A stretch of DNA of 64,000 nt from Naegleria gruberi (lineage: Eukaryota). The notes below the pieces were generated by a model. The model saw only the letters and a list, made by a program, of their open reading frames with translations. It did not search any database and had not been told where the DNA came from. Below are positions 47,120 through 57,696 of the stretch, in pieces (the stretch's first letter is position 1; each line of letters opens with the position of its first letter). The position numbers and the translations under genes are program-made. Location: the NCBI GenBank assembly GCA_000004985.1, contig GG738923.1; one strand, 5' to 3'.

Positions 47120-48028
47120 TTACTTCAAAAAGAGTTGACTATTCTTTTCAACATATTGTTCAAAGGTCAATAAACCAGGGAATAATTCTCTTGCTTCTTT
47201 AACAGCTTGTTGCTCATTATCTTGATAATAGCCACATTCATTAAAGTACATGAACATATTCTTTGCTTCAGAACCCATTCTTTGACCAACAGTTTCGGCA
47301 TCCATTGCAACGTATTGAGTTGGGACATTTAATACTGTAGTGCAAATATCAGCCATTTCCTTAAGGGATACATAATCACCAGCAGTAAGGAGCTTTCTTC
47401 CATTGTAATTTTCTGGATGCTTGAATACTTCAGAAACAACAATTCCCAAATCATCAACTCCAAATACTGGAAGTTTTCTGTCAGTATTCACACCAGCAAA
47501 GATCATGGCACTAGCTCTGTCTTCATTCAATCTGAACATCATTCCAGGAAGATTGTCAGCGAAAAATGGTGGGTAAACAAAAGTCTTGAATGGAATGTTG
47601 GTCTTTCTTGCTTCTTGCTCAACCTTATTCTTGTTAGTGAAATGAGGAACTGAAATTTTACCACCAGATGCCTTAGTGACATCATCCAATGAACTGAAAA
47701 CAAAATGTTGAACATTATTCTTAACAGCTGCTTCAACCAAATTCAATCCTTCGGTCAATTCCTTTTCATGATCAACTGAACCAAATCTTCCTGGAGTTGT
47801 TACACCAAAAACACCATAAGCACCTTTGAATGCCTCTGCAAGAGCTTCCTTATTACTCATATTGCATGAAACAATTTCAACACCTTGTTCGGCAAGTTCT
47901 TTGGCTCTGGCTGAGTTGGAATCTCTGGTAATTCCTCTCAATTTCCAATTGCCTTGCTTTTGAAGATGCTTAATGACACTTCCTCCTTGTTTTCCAGTAG
48001 CTCCAATGACAACAATTAATTTACTCAT
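47120..48028 (-). CDS. NmrA-like NAD(P)-binding protein (atypical SDR).
   Basis: The N-terminal Rossmann motif is MSKLIVVIGATGKQGGSV. Its length and profile are typical of the NmrA/HSCARG family. Confidence 0.65.
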   Translation of the reverse strand: MSKLIVVIGATGKQGGSVIKHLQKQGNWKLRGITRDSNSARAKELAEQGVEIVSCNMSNKEALAEAFKGAYGVFGVTTPGRFGSVDHEKELTEGLNLVEAAVKNNVQHFVFSSLDDVTKASGGKISVPHFTNKNKVEQEARKTNIPFKTFVYPPFFADNLPGMMFRLNEDRASAMIFAGVNTDRKLPVFGVDDLGIVVSEVFKHPENYNGRKLLTAGDYVSLKEMADICTTVLNVPTQYVAMDAETVGQRMGSEAKNMFMYFNECGYYQDNEQQAVKEARELFPGLLTFEQYVEKNSQLFLK

Positions 48029-48394
48029 ATTGTATACAAATATTTGATTTGTTTTTTTTGTTTTTGTTAATGTTGTTCAATAAGGTGATTGGCTTTTGAA
48101 AGAATTCATTTCTCCCGCTTGTTTTTCTTTCCGTATTTCTTCCACCTTGAGGTTTATTTCTTCCGCTGATACAAATCTTGTCGGAGGAAATGCATAGTGA
48201 AGTAAATGGAGTAACAACAAGTCCATTGGGAAGAACCCCTTCTATATCCTTCCCAAAATGAAATCATTTTTATGGATAGGTCAACTGTGCATATCTTTCA
48301 ATGGTATTGAAATGCAATATCCAACAAATGAAATTTGAAAATCAAAAATATTGAAAGTTGAATTGATAAGGGTAAGAAAAGTTAGTGAAACAGT

Positions 48395-48877
48395 TTATTT
48401 CTTAACTGACTTTTTGGTGTAAACTGGCTTTCTAACCTTATTTTGTGTCTTGTTTTGTTTTCTCTTCAAAGACAAGTCTTTTAACTTTCTTCTGAGATCA
48501 CTGTGCTCTCTATCAGGTGCACAAGCAGCACTCTTGTCTCTGTTATAACATTTACACTTGTTATTACCAACACATCTTCCTCTTCCATAACAGACATTCT
48601 TATCGGTGGATTTCTTTCCGTAACAAGTGAAAACTTCTTCCTTCTTTGGCTTCTTTAAACCAGTAGCTCTACATCTTTTTGGTTCGCTCAATTCTGGGGC
48701 AAAACATTCACACTTGTTATTGCCAACACATTTTCCTCTACGAGAACAGACACCCTTATCAGTGGATTTCAAACCGAAACATGTGAAAACTGGTTCCTCA
48801 GCACTAACAACATTGCAAGCAATGACACCGAGAATGGCTACAAGAACGACAATAAGCAAGCTCTTTCCAAAGAACAT
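48395..48877 (-). CDS. Small basic secreted protein made of two EGF-like/cysteine-knot repeats.
   Basis: Signal peptide, followed by an internal duplication: EPVFTCFGLKSTDKGVCSRRGKCVGNNKCECF and EEVFTCYGKKSTDKNVCYGRGRCVGNNKCKCY. It has a lysine-rich C-terminus. Confidence 0.5.
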   Translation of the reverse strand: MFFGKSLLIVVLVAILGVIACNVVSAEEPVFTCFGLKSTDKGVCSRRGKCVGNNKCECFAPELSEPKRCRATGLKKPKKEEVFTCYGKKSTDKNVCYGRGRCVGNNKCKCYNRDKSAACAPDREHSDLRRKLKDLSLKRKQNKTQNKVRKPVYTKKSVKK

Positions 48878-49812
48878 TTTGAAGAAGTTGTTTTGTTTTT
48901 TTAAAATGATGATGAGAGATGCAACTCTGTCTCCCTCATGAATTTAAAGCTTTTTCAATGTGAGTCATTCACATGACCATTTAAGAGCTTACTGTTTTCA
49001 CATCCATAGAGATATTGAAGGTGGTAAAGAGTAATGAGGGCGACCAGCTGATTTGCATATGAACTGTTGGGTCTACTGGAAGGGTAGAAACAATTTTTAA
49101 CAGAAGCTGTAATATGTTCATGGACAAAAATGATTTTCAGTACGGGGTCGTATCAATACAGAACATAATACTGCTAAATGGTTTACAGTTTTCCCATTTT
49201 GGGGATTCCCGCCCTCTATCTCTGTTAGAAACTTTCACAATCAGTGACCTTATCATTGATTTGGAATGTGTTAGGATGGCAAACATTAAGCAAAATCTCT
49301 TTTCAACACACATGTAACGCCATGATGAAGCTGCATTACATGATGATTCAGAAATTACGCAATTTAAGAAAAAAATCTAATGATGAGGAAGAAGACATAT
49401 AATGTTGGATGTGCATATGATGTTGGTGAGGATACATATGGAAATGAATATTGAAAGTGATAGAACTATCAAGATATTTGAATGATGATTCATGTATTTT
49501 CGAATCGTGAAATATTCCAGTACTTTGATGAGATGTTGCACTAACGAACCAAAGGTAATCAAGTTTAGTAATCAAAATTTTCAATTTGGAAAATTGCATC
49601 TGATGAATTCCTAAAAATAACTTGTTTAAAAAACTTGGAGTATTCAGGAAATAGAATAATTTTCAAAATCTTTTGGAATTTGGTTGGAAGATTTTCTTAG
49701 ATTGCCTTTTTGGTGTTAAAGATTGGAAACAAAGATATCAAACCCATTCAAATTGAGTAGAAAATTGTTTGATCACGAATGGAATTGGAAATTGAAAGGT
49801 ATTTCACAGATG

Positions 49813-49870
49813 GGGTGGCCTTACCACGATGAATACACCTCAACCAGTCCAACTTAAAATCAACAACGAA
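49813..49870 (+). pseudogene. Truncated, degenerate copy of the 5' half of the 5S rRNA.
   Basis: gatggggtggccttaccacgatgaatacacctcaaccagtccaacttaaaatcaac against the intact copy gatggctacggccatatcacgatgaatgcacctcatcccgtccgatttgagaagttaag. Confidence 0.5.
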
Positions 49871-50275
49871 GGATATTGTACATAATACTGAAGCACCACA
49901 AATTAGGTTACCAAGTTGAAAAAGATGTAAATTAACTTCAATTCAGTAAATAATTCAAAGATGAAGTTTCAATTTCGAATTGATAAGAAAATGAGAAACC
50001 AAAATTTGCACCAAGCTATTGAACATGTCTAATGTTCAATAAATATGAGGTTGATCAACCTTATCAATTTCTTCAACAAAACCTTACTGAACCAACAAGA
50101 TTCTGTCTTCGTTGCCTTCACTGTTCATACAGTCAAAGACTGTAGCGGGATTGTCGCCATATTCCTGGCAGGCTTCCCGTCCAAAATACTAATTGAAATC
50201 AGTGTCATTAATATTTAACAACAAATTACAACCTGTAACTTTTAAGTTATTATACTAAGAATTTAGATTACAGAT

Positions 50276-50394
50276 GGCTACGGCCATATCACGATGAATG
50301 CACCTCATCCCGTCCGATTTGAGAAGTTAAGCATCGTCGAGCCACATCAGTACTGAGGTTGGAGACAACTTGGGAACCTGTGGTGCTGTAGTCT
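50276..50394 (+). rRNA. rrn5: 5S ribosomal RNA.
   Basis: GGCTACGGCCATATCACGATGAATGCACC...GGGAACCTGTGGTGCTGTAGTC has the eukaryotic 5S consensus blocks: GCCATAC-like, GTTAAGC, AGTACT, GGGA.CC.GGTGCTGTAG. The 5' and 3' ends pair, and a T5 Pol III terminator follows. Confidence 0.85.
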
Positions 50395-50447
50395 TTTTGT
50401 CTTAAATACTCTCTGGTTTATGTATTGAACAACTGGCAAAAGGAACT

Positions 50448-50520
50448 CTCCCCCTGGTGGGCTCGAACCACCGACCTGCAGATTAACAGTCTGACGCTCT
50501 ACCGACTGAGCTAAGGGGGA
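50448..50520 (-). tRNA. tRNA-Asn (GTT).
   Basis: The reverse complement TCCCCCTTAGCTCAGTCGGTAGAGCGTCAGACTGTTAATCTGCAGGTCGGTGGTTCGAGCCCACCAGGGGGAG folds as a cloverleaf with anticodon loop cuGUUaa. Confidence 0.85.
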
Positions 50521-50617
50521 TCACATCAATTAATTGCACAAATTTTCTATTAAAATCGGTTGCAACCTGCATTGCCACAAATGGTTTTATTCTTTGGTGA
50601 AAAATTCAATCAAAAAA

Positions 50618-51541
50618 ATGACTGCTCTCAGAAAATTCATTCGCTCCTATCCCTACACTCAAGAACAAAAAGCTTCACTCATCAATTACTTTTCCAATTT
50701 TCTAAAGGAAGGAAGAGTCTCCATGATGAAGGATGTTCTTGATAAGAGAACAAGATTTATCATTCCGGTTCTTGAAGATGTTCAATCATCACAAAATGTT
50801 TCTGCCATCATTAGAACTGTTGAATGTTTCGGAATGAATGATTTACATATTATTTCAAATCCAGACTCGATGAGTGATAAAAAAGGAATTTCTAAAGGAG
50901 TTGCAAAAGGAGCAACAGATTGGATCAATATTAAGCAATATCAAAATTCGGATGAATGTTTTAAAGAATTAAAAGAAAAGCATAATTGTAGAATTATTGT
51001 TACTTCACCATATTCGATACCACAATTAGTTCTTGGACAGAAGAGAAATTCATGGAGAGAGGATCAACATCCATCTGTTTATAATAATTTGAGAGATGAA
51101 ATTACGGAAAGACATGTTAGAGTTCCTCACTATATTGGAATTGAAAATGTTCCTATTGATTTATTGAATTCAGACAATGATTATGATAAGCCAATTGCTG
51201 TTGTTTTTGGAAATGAATCACATGGAATTTCCAATTCAGCAATTGACCATGCAGATGCTTCTCTTACCATTCCTCTGTATGGTTTTACTGAAAGTTTCAA
51301 TGTTCATGTGAGCACAGCCCTCACCACCTATTATCTCAATGAAAAGTTTAGAAATTATCTCAAGAATAGTGAAACTAAATCATTAGCTGAAAAGTACATG
51401 CTCTCTCCAGAGGAAAAGAATAATACACTTGTTGAATGGATGAGAGAGTGTGTTTCACTGGGTGATGAAGTTGAATTGTCGTTTATGAGAAATAATGGAA
51501 TTTCAATTCCAACTCATTTCTCTTCGGCTCATCAATCCTAA
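50618..51541 (+). CDS. SpoU/TrmH-family (SPOUT) RNA 2'-O-methyltransferase.
   Basis: SPOUT motifs: IPVLEDVQSSQNVSAIIRTVECFG, VVFGNESHGIS, and LTIPLYGFTESFNVHVSTAL (motif 3). The start is at MTALRKF. Confidence 0.7.
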   Translation: MTALRKFIRSYPYTQEQKASLINYFSNFLKEGRVSMMKDVLDKRTRFIIPVLEDVQSSQNVSAIIRTVECFGMNDLHIISNPDSMSDKKGISKGVAKGATDWINIKQYQNSDECFKELKEKHNCRIIVTSPYSIPQLVLGQKRNSWREDQHPSVYNNLRDEITERHVRVPHYIGIENVPIDLLNSDNDYDKPIAVVFGNESHGISNSAIDHADASLTIPLYGFTESFNVHVSTALTTYYLNEKFRNYLKNSETKSLAEKYMLSPEEKNNTLVEWMRECVSLGDEVELSFMRNNGISIPTHFSSAHQS

Positions 51542-51969
51542 GTTTTAATATTCATTTAAAATATTAAATACATTCCATTGTTTGAATATTCCTTTCGTCT
51601 TAATATGAAGCCATGACAACAATTTAAGTAGTGGCTGTTTCCTATTGAATGCAATCACTTGGACTTTCCAATAACGTCATATTGAAAAAAGAGATCAATT
51701 CATCTCTTAAAAACCATCTACAGTTCATTGAGGTGGTTGTTAATTGACGGTTGGACAATAATAAACCTCAATAACAGTCGATTAAAATCAATATCATCAA
51801 ATTTTTGAAAGGTAATGACAAAACCTCCTTAATCATGAGTCCTTCAATACCAAAGTACTTATTACTGTAATTTCTATCATCAATTTCAAAAAAAAGCAAC
51901 AACTTCGTAAACGTTCTTGTTTGTCCTTGCATTTCTAAATAAAATCTTTGTAATAGTAAAATTTGCGGA

Positions 51970-54152
51970 ATGAGAAGGGAAGAATACAAACTTCATTCAA
52001 ATAACTTTACAAATACTTTATTGGATACTTTGAAAGATGTTATTCCATCATCCTCATCGACCAATAAGAGTTCGGATTTGAGAAGACTCAACGATGTATG
52101 GGCATCCAAATTGAGGTCAACAAGAATTGTAGAAGCAAGTATTTTCAAACAGTAAGTTGAATTTCAAATTGAAAATACAATAATCTCTATTTTAGCTTGC
52201 ATTCTGAATTGGCCAGTCTACCATTTGTGAGTCCTCTCACTCAGCAACATACCAACAAATGTAAAAGTTTCCTCTCTGAAACTCAAACCTCATTCACTAA
52301 TGAAACTTTTTACTTGGGCAGATTATTAGAATTTAGAAAATTGCCACATTTGAAAGATCTTAGAGAAGCAAGTGGTAGAAAGCTATCAACTCCAACAAAA
52401 CCAAGCTCTGACGATTCAGGTCAAGATATGTTCGAAACATTGATTCAATCCTTTGAGGCAGCCGAGCTCTATTCAAAACAAGCAAAAGTAATGACCAATG
52501 ATCAATTGGAAAAGCAAATCAGATATTTCACCTCTCTCATTTCAAAATATGTCAAGACACCAGAAGAGAAGGACAAGCTCAATAATTTAATTCATTCACC
52601 TTCAACAAATGACGTTCAATCTCCAAAAGATACCAGAAATGTGTTCAATGATGTAAATAGAGTACCAGTGTCGAGTAGTTGCCCTTCTCTTGGACCTAAT
52701 AATCGAGTTCACCTAAGTTTAATTCCCCAACTGTCCGAATTATCAATCAATACAATGAGTCCAACAAAATCCAAACAAGTATTTGAGCCTTACTTCCACT
52801 CTAAAGAATTGAAATTATCAGTTGCTGGTGAAAATAGTAAGAATGTATTGGAATTCAAGACTCATTTGAGGAGAGTTATATACCAGTGCTTTAGTGATTT
52901 GGCCTCATCCTATGGAAAGGAGAAGGAAAATGTTGATGATGTGAGATCTTTGGGAGTTCTCTTTGATAGAAATAGAGTCTATCTATTTGAATTCATTCTC
53001 ACAAGAAAATTCATCTCCAACACTAATTCCAACTCTAATAACTCTCAATCGTTACCAACCATTCTAATTGATGCTGTTGGAGTGAATTATACCAATGGTG
53101 GACAAGGAATGGCCCTCATCTTTACCACTCTCTTGCAATATCTTCGTGAGGGATGGAAAATGTTTAAGGAAACATCAGATCCTCTCCATCTGCTTCATCT
53201 CTCCCTCCTAAAGTTTGTCTATCAACAAGCAAAGAGGGAAATTACAACATCAAGCAGTAGCAATTTGAGTAATAATAGTATGATTGCCACTTCCTTACAC
53301 TCTAAATCCACTTCAGATTTGAGTAGTGTGATTGTCAGTTCGGAACCACAGGTTTTGTCTCCATCCTACTCTCCAACAACATTGAATACATCTATAGGAA
53401 GTTTGTTATTCTCTGCTATCAATACAAGTAGTAGTAGCAGCAACAATAGCACCATCAGTCCAGTGAGAAGTAATGCCTTTACATCTGATACTGACATTTC
53501 CTCACCACCTTCACCATTAATGACTGGCCGAATCAATCAAACCACACTCAGTGATAATGCCTTCCTCACTTGTTCTCATGTAAATTCCAATTCTCTCGAT
53601 TTGAGTAATATTTCCTCTCCTCCACCATCCGTTCCACAACATTATGATTTGGGAGTGGCACAAAACTTTGGCTCTCCAACCAATTGTAAATCATCAGCAC
53701 TCTCTGCCGAGCAACAAAGAGCCATCAATTCTATTGCCATTGTTTCGAGAACAGCCTCTACCAAGACTAGTATGCTCCAAGGTCAGAGCAATAGTACTGG
53801 TAATTTGTTCTCCTCACCACCAAATCATCATGTAAATAATAATAATGGTAATTTACCATCACCAAAGAGAATGTTATTTTCAGTTGGTGGTAATCTCTCC
53901 TCTGGCTCTGCATCAACTTCCAGTCTTCCAATTCATTCTAGTGGTGGTGGTAATGCTTCAACAAAGGGAATGAGGCTTCTCCAACGTTCAAAGGCCATTC
54001 TCTCCGATGCTACCAATTTTAATTATTTTGATAAGTTCAAGAATGTTGTATCTCCAGGAGGAACGAATAAGGAGCAAACATCCAGTGGTAGTAACAATGT
54101 GGGAGGTGGTATTAGAGGATTGATGAAGGGAAGAAAACCTCTCATTGAATAA
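51970..54152 (+). CDS. Unknown Ser-rich protein. Two exons, with an intron at about 52153..52196.
   Basis: ORF 51970..52155 ends at a gtaagt..ttttag intron and joins ORF 52197..54152. There are no recognisable domains. Long S/N-rich tracts. Confidence 0.4.
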
Positions 54153-54406
54153 ATTCTCTTTCAATAGAAAATAAATTCCAACAATTTACTATCTAGATGT
54201 ACTTTGAAGATGATCGTGTATATTATCATGATGTTGTTGAATATAACTTGTTGGTGTCTTTGAATATTGTTTTTATTGTACATCTCTAGAAGAATTCTTT
54301 CATCAGCTGGTTTGTTGCTCAAAAATATTCCATTGTAATGTGTACCAGCTACCCACTCAACCCAAATTAATATTGTTTTTCGAAAAAAAAAGTCATAACA
54401 ATCAAT

Positions 54407-54739
54407 ATGGTATGTCATCTCATTTTTTACTAGCAGCCTTTTAACCTGTAACCTTCTATTATCAACAACTCTCACCAACAATTTTCAACACTTGACTAAT
54501 GATTGTGATAACACTACTTTTGCTAACTACAATAGGACGGTGAAAATCAACCAACCTTGGTCAAGGTCGTTAAATGCCTCGGTAGAACTGGTTCTCGTGG
54601 TGGTATTACCCAAGTCAGAGTCGACTTCATCAACACTGACAAGCCAAGATCCATTATCAGAAACGTTAAGGGTCCAGTCAAAGAAGGTGACATCCTCGCT
54701 TTGCTCGAAACTGAAAGAGAAGCCAGAAGATTGAGATAA
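54407..54739 (+). CDS. rps28: 40S ribosomal protein S28e. The first exon is the ATG alone: join(54407..54409,54536..54739).
   Basis: The ATG is immediately followed by gtatgt. After acceptor ..caatag the frame reads [67 protein letters not shown], which is colinear with eS28 ([25 protein letters not shown]...[10 protein letters not shown]). Confidence 0.8.
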
Positions 54740-54874
54740 ATCTTTTCCCTAAATAAAATCTTTAAATTTCATAAAACATTTTTCCTATTGTCTATGTAAT
54801 ATTACGTGAGTAAAATTAGTGATAATTGATTAAACTTTTATTAATAGGCAACAAATACATTCGATAAAAGATAG

Positions 54875-55933
54875 GTGGTTTCGCTCCTCCAAATTTGTTC
54901 CCGAAAAATGTCCCAACTATTAATTAGCAAAGCTACATACGTTTGTAGAGCCAAACTAAACCAGCCTCAAGAACGTTCTGTTATTGAGCTGCAAACCTTT
55001 CCACATTTTCTCTTTAGCTTTGAAAACAATTTTTCTTCTCTAAAAACCATTAGGGTGAAACATTCCTTCACTATGAATAGAAGAGAGTTTGCTGAAAAAT
55101 TACGACCCTTACTGGTGTTCTGTGAGTTTTCTGAATTTGAAGAGACATACTATGATGAGGCTTTCAATAATTTAATGAGAAACAACTGTTGGATAAAGAA
55201 GGTAAAGAGAGAAAATGAGAGTTTTTACTCCATCAAATGCACTGAGGTAAATCCTCCACCATCTGACAATTCGAATGAGCCACATACAATAATTTATCCA
55301 GAGGTAATACTTTCCAGTAATCAAGAGGGAGGCGATAATTGGTCAAATGATGAACTAGTGCTTTATGGCATGTTGCAAATTTATTGTAACTTACCAGAGC
55401 AAGAAAGATATGAGCTAAAAATCCATCGAACAAAATTCAAATTCAAAAACAACCCCAATATTATGCTCAACTTGGATAGAGTAACATTCAAAGATGGAAA
55501 TGGGTGTGTTATTTATTCCATATATGGTGATACACCTTGTAGATTTTTCGAAAAAGGTATCTCAAGTGCAATTATTAGCCAAAAGAAACAATTCTCTTTT
55601 GGGGATGATATGAAACCTTGTCGAAGCAAAATCATCCAATACCTCTATGGAACTGAAAGTTTAAGGCCAGTTTATTCTCATTTACAAGAAAAAGGATATG
55701 TACTATCTTTGGACTATGTAACAATTTCATTATTCGAATACGAGGCACAAAGAATAAGACACAAGTGGGAAGAGTTCAATAAGAAATTCCCAAACGAAAA
55801 AAAGTCAGAGGAATTTATTAAATTTATGGAAGCAGCAGCTTTGGTTGGAAGAGCATCCATCACATATGAAGATGACGATGGAAATGAGAATCCTTACTAT
55901 TCAGATGATGAAGAGGAAGAAGAAAATTGTTGA
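54875..55933 (+). CDS. Unknown protein with an acidic C-terminus.
   Basis: 352-aa ORF, no recognised motif, ends DDEEEEENC. Confidence 0.35.
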   Translation: MVSLLQICSRKMSQLLISKATYVCRAKLNQPQERSVIELQTFPHFLFSFENNFSSLKTIRVKHSFTMNRREFAEKLRPLLVFCEFSEFEETYYDEAFNNLMRNNCWIKKVKRENESFYSIKCTEVNPPPSDNSNEPHTIIYPEVILSSNQEGGDNWSNDELVLYGMLQIYCNLPEQERYELKIHRTKFKFKNNPNIMLNLDRVTFKDGNGCVIYSIYGDTPCRFFEKGISSAIISQKKQFSFGDDMKPCRSKIIQYLYGTESLRPVYSHLQEKGYVLSLDYVTISLFEYEAQRIRHKWEEFNKKFPNEKKSEEFIKFMEAAALVGRASITYEDDDGNENPYYSDDEEEEENC

Positions 55934-56184
55934 GAAAAAACTCTGTAAATTTTGCACATTTAATCATCAACATGTACATACACATGCAAATTAGATATAA
56001 CCTTTAACATCAATTTAAACAAATTACTTGAGACTGGCTCTTTAACGATTGAAGATGATCACTCTGAGAGCTATGTTTTTCATCAAATATTACTAATAAA
56101 TTGACTCATTTGGATCTGATCTGTCCTTATTAACCCTCCGTTAGATTTATATACGTGAAATATTTATTTTCAAAATGAGTGTAA

Positions 56185-56258
56185 GCCGTCATAGCTCAGT
56201 TGGATAGAGCACAGGACTTCTAATCCTGGGGTCGTGGGTTCGAGCCCCATTGTCGGTA
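56185..56258 (+). tRNA. tRNA-Arg (TCT).
   Basis: GCCGTCATAGCTCAGTTGGATAGAGCACAGGACTTCTAATCCTGGGGTCGTGGGTTCGAGCCCCATTGTCGGTA has anticodon loop cuUCUaa, a TTCGAGC T-loop, and one U-U mismatch in the acceptor stem. A T-run lies downstream. Confidence 0.8.
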
Positions 56259-56346
56259 AATCTGTTTATTTTGTTTCACATTTGAAATTAATACTGGTGC
56301 GCTTGTTGCATTTAATAAATTTTATTAATTTTTCAATCATTTAACG

Positions 56347-57696
56347 TCAGTCAGGTCTGATAAATCCTAAAGCGAACTCTGATCTATTAGATATTGGATA
56401 AGCGACACAATGCCCTTCCTGAATAATTTGTTTAAAATTTTGCATTGTTTCTGCCCTAAAGACATGCTTTTTACATTTTGTACAAAATCTCTTTTCATCA
56501 GCATAGTCAATTCGTTCCAATTCAGAATATTTCATAGGGCACTCGAAAATCCATTCACAATTTTCTATAAATGATTCTTGTTTTTTTACAGAAAAGGATG
56601 GTTTAGGAATTTTAAATTTTTCATCTGTTTTTGGATCTATTGTTCTCAAAATTTCTCTCACAAGTGGTAAACTTGTTGGTGAATGAATTTGTAAATGTTG
56701 AATTCTTCGTTTCATAACAATCATCCAATTTTTCACATTCAAACTCTGTTGAAATCGTGGGAAATAGAACAACACCATTGGTTTCCAAATTGTATTTTGA
56801 ATCAAATCAACATGATACTCGTCTGGATTCTTTTTGAAATGTTCCTCATCGAGAAATGATCGATACATGCCTTTGAAGGTCATTGACAAGTAGAACAACT
56901 CCTTGAGTGTTAGATAGGAAGCAACTATGGCAGTAACTTCAATTATTGTCTCTCCATTTCTAAATAAAATTCCAATATCTTTGTAAACATTTGGCGTATT
57001 TTCAATAATTGATATTACAATATTATTATCTTCAGTCAATTCAGCTGAATCTGCAAATCCACATTTAAAACTTCTCAAATGTTGGTAATCTGAAATAATT
57101 TCTCCATTTAATACATTTGCCAATTTCTCCAAATCTTGTCTGCTAATTCCTTCTTGGTAAATTATCCCAAATTTATCAAATAATTTTGAAACTAGTTGTT
57201 CATTTTCAAATAGAGAAATAACCATCTTACATCCCATCTCATTAATGATTTTTCCTATTGTAATATTATTTCTTCTTTGTTCTCTAATAGCAGCATCTAT
57301 TGCTGTATAATCCGATCCATAAATCTCCAATGAGGTTAAGGTTGGGAATTTAAAGTCAATTAATGCAACTGACACTTTTTCAATTCGTTTTCGTTTCGTA
57401 TTTGAAGACTTGTTTCTATTAACAATTTCAATTTGATTACAAAAAGTTGTTTTGAAAGAACTGGTTGCATAGAAAAACTTCAATTCATAACTTGGAACAC
57501 TAGTTTCTAATAGATGAATATTGACATTCCCATTTGATGATGTTATTTCAATGGATTGAATTTCTTCTTTAAAGTTGAACAACTCAATCAATTTTCTCTT
57601 CAATTCTTGAAACTTGTCAGGATCTACGCTGATAACACCTGGTGGTTGATCTTTTTCCATTTTTTTTAAATCTATTTCGGAAGAATTACCGATCAA
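56347..57696 (-). CDS. Unknown protein. Its start is probably at the internal Met.
   Basis: 449-aa ORF. It overlaps the upstream gene's stop by 11 nt unless an internal Met is used. Confidence 0.35.
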   Translation of the reverse strand: MIGNSSEIDLKKMEKDQPPGVISVDPDKFQELKRKLIELFNFKEEIQSIEITSSNGNVNIHLLETSVPSYELKFFYATSSFKTTFCNQIEIVNRNKSSNTKRKRIEKVSVALIDFKFPTLTSLEIYGSDYTAIDAAIREQRRNNITIGKIINEMGCKMVISLFENEQLVSKLFDKFGIIYQEGISRQDLEKLANVLNGEIISDYQHLRSFKCGFADSAELTEDNNIVISIIENTPNVYKDIGILFRNGETIIEVTAIVASYLTLKELFYLSMTFKGMYRSFLDEEHFKKNPDEYHVDLIQNTIWKPMVLFYFPRFQQSLNVKNWMIVMKRRIQHLQIHSPTSLPLVREILRTIDPKTDEKFKIPKPSFSVKKQESFIENCEWIFECPMKYSELERIDYADEKRFCTKCKKHVFRAETMQNFKQIIQEGHCVAYPISNRSEFALGFIRPD

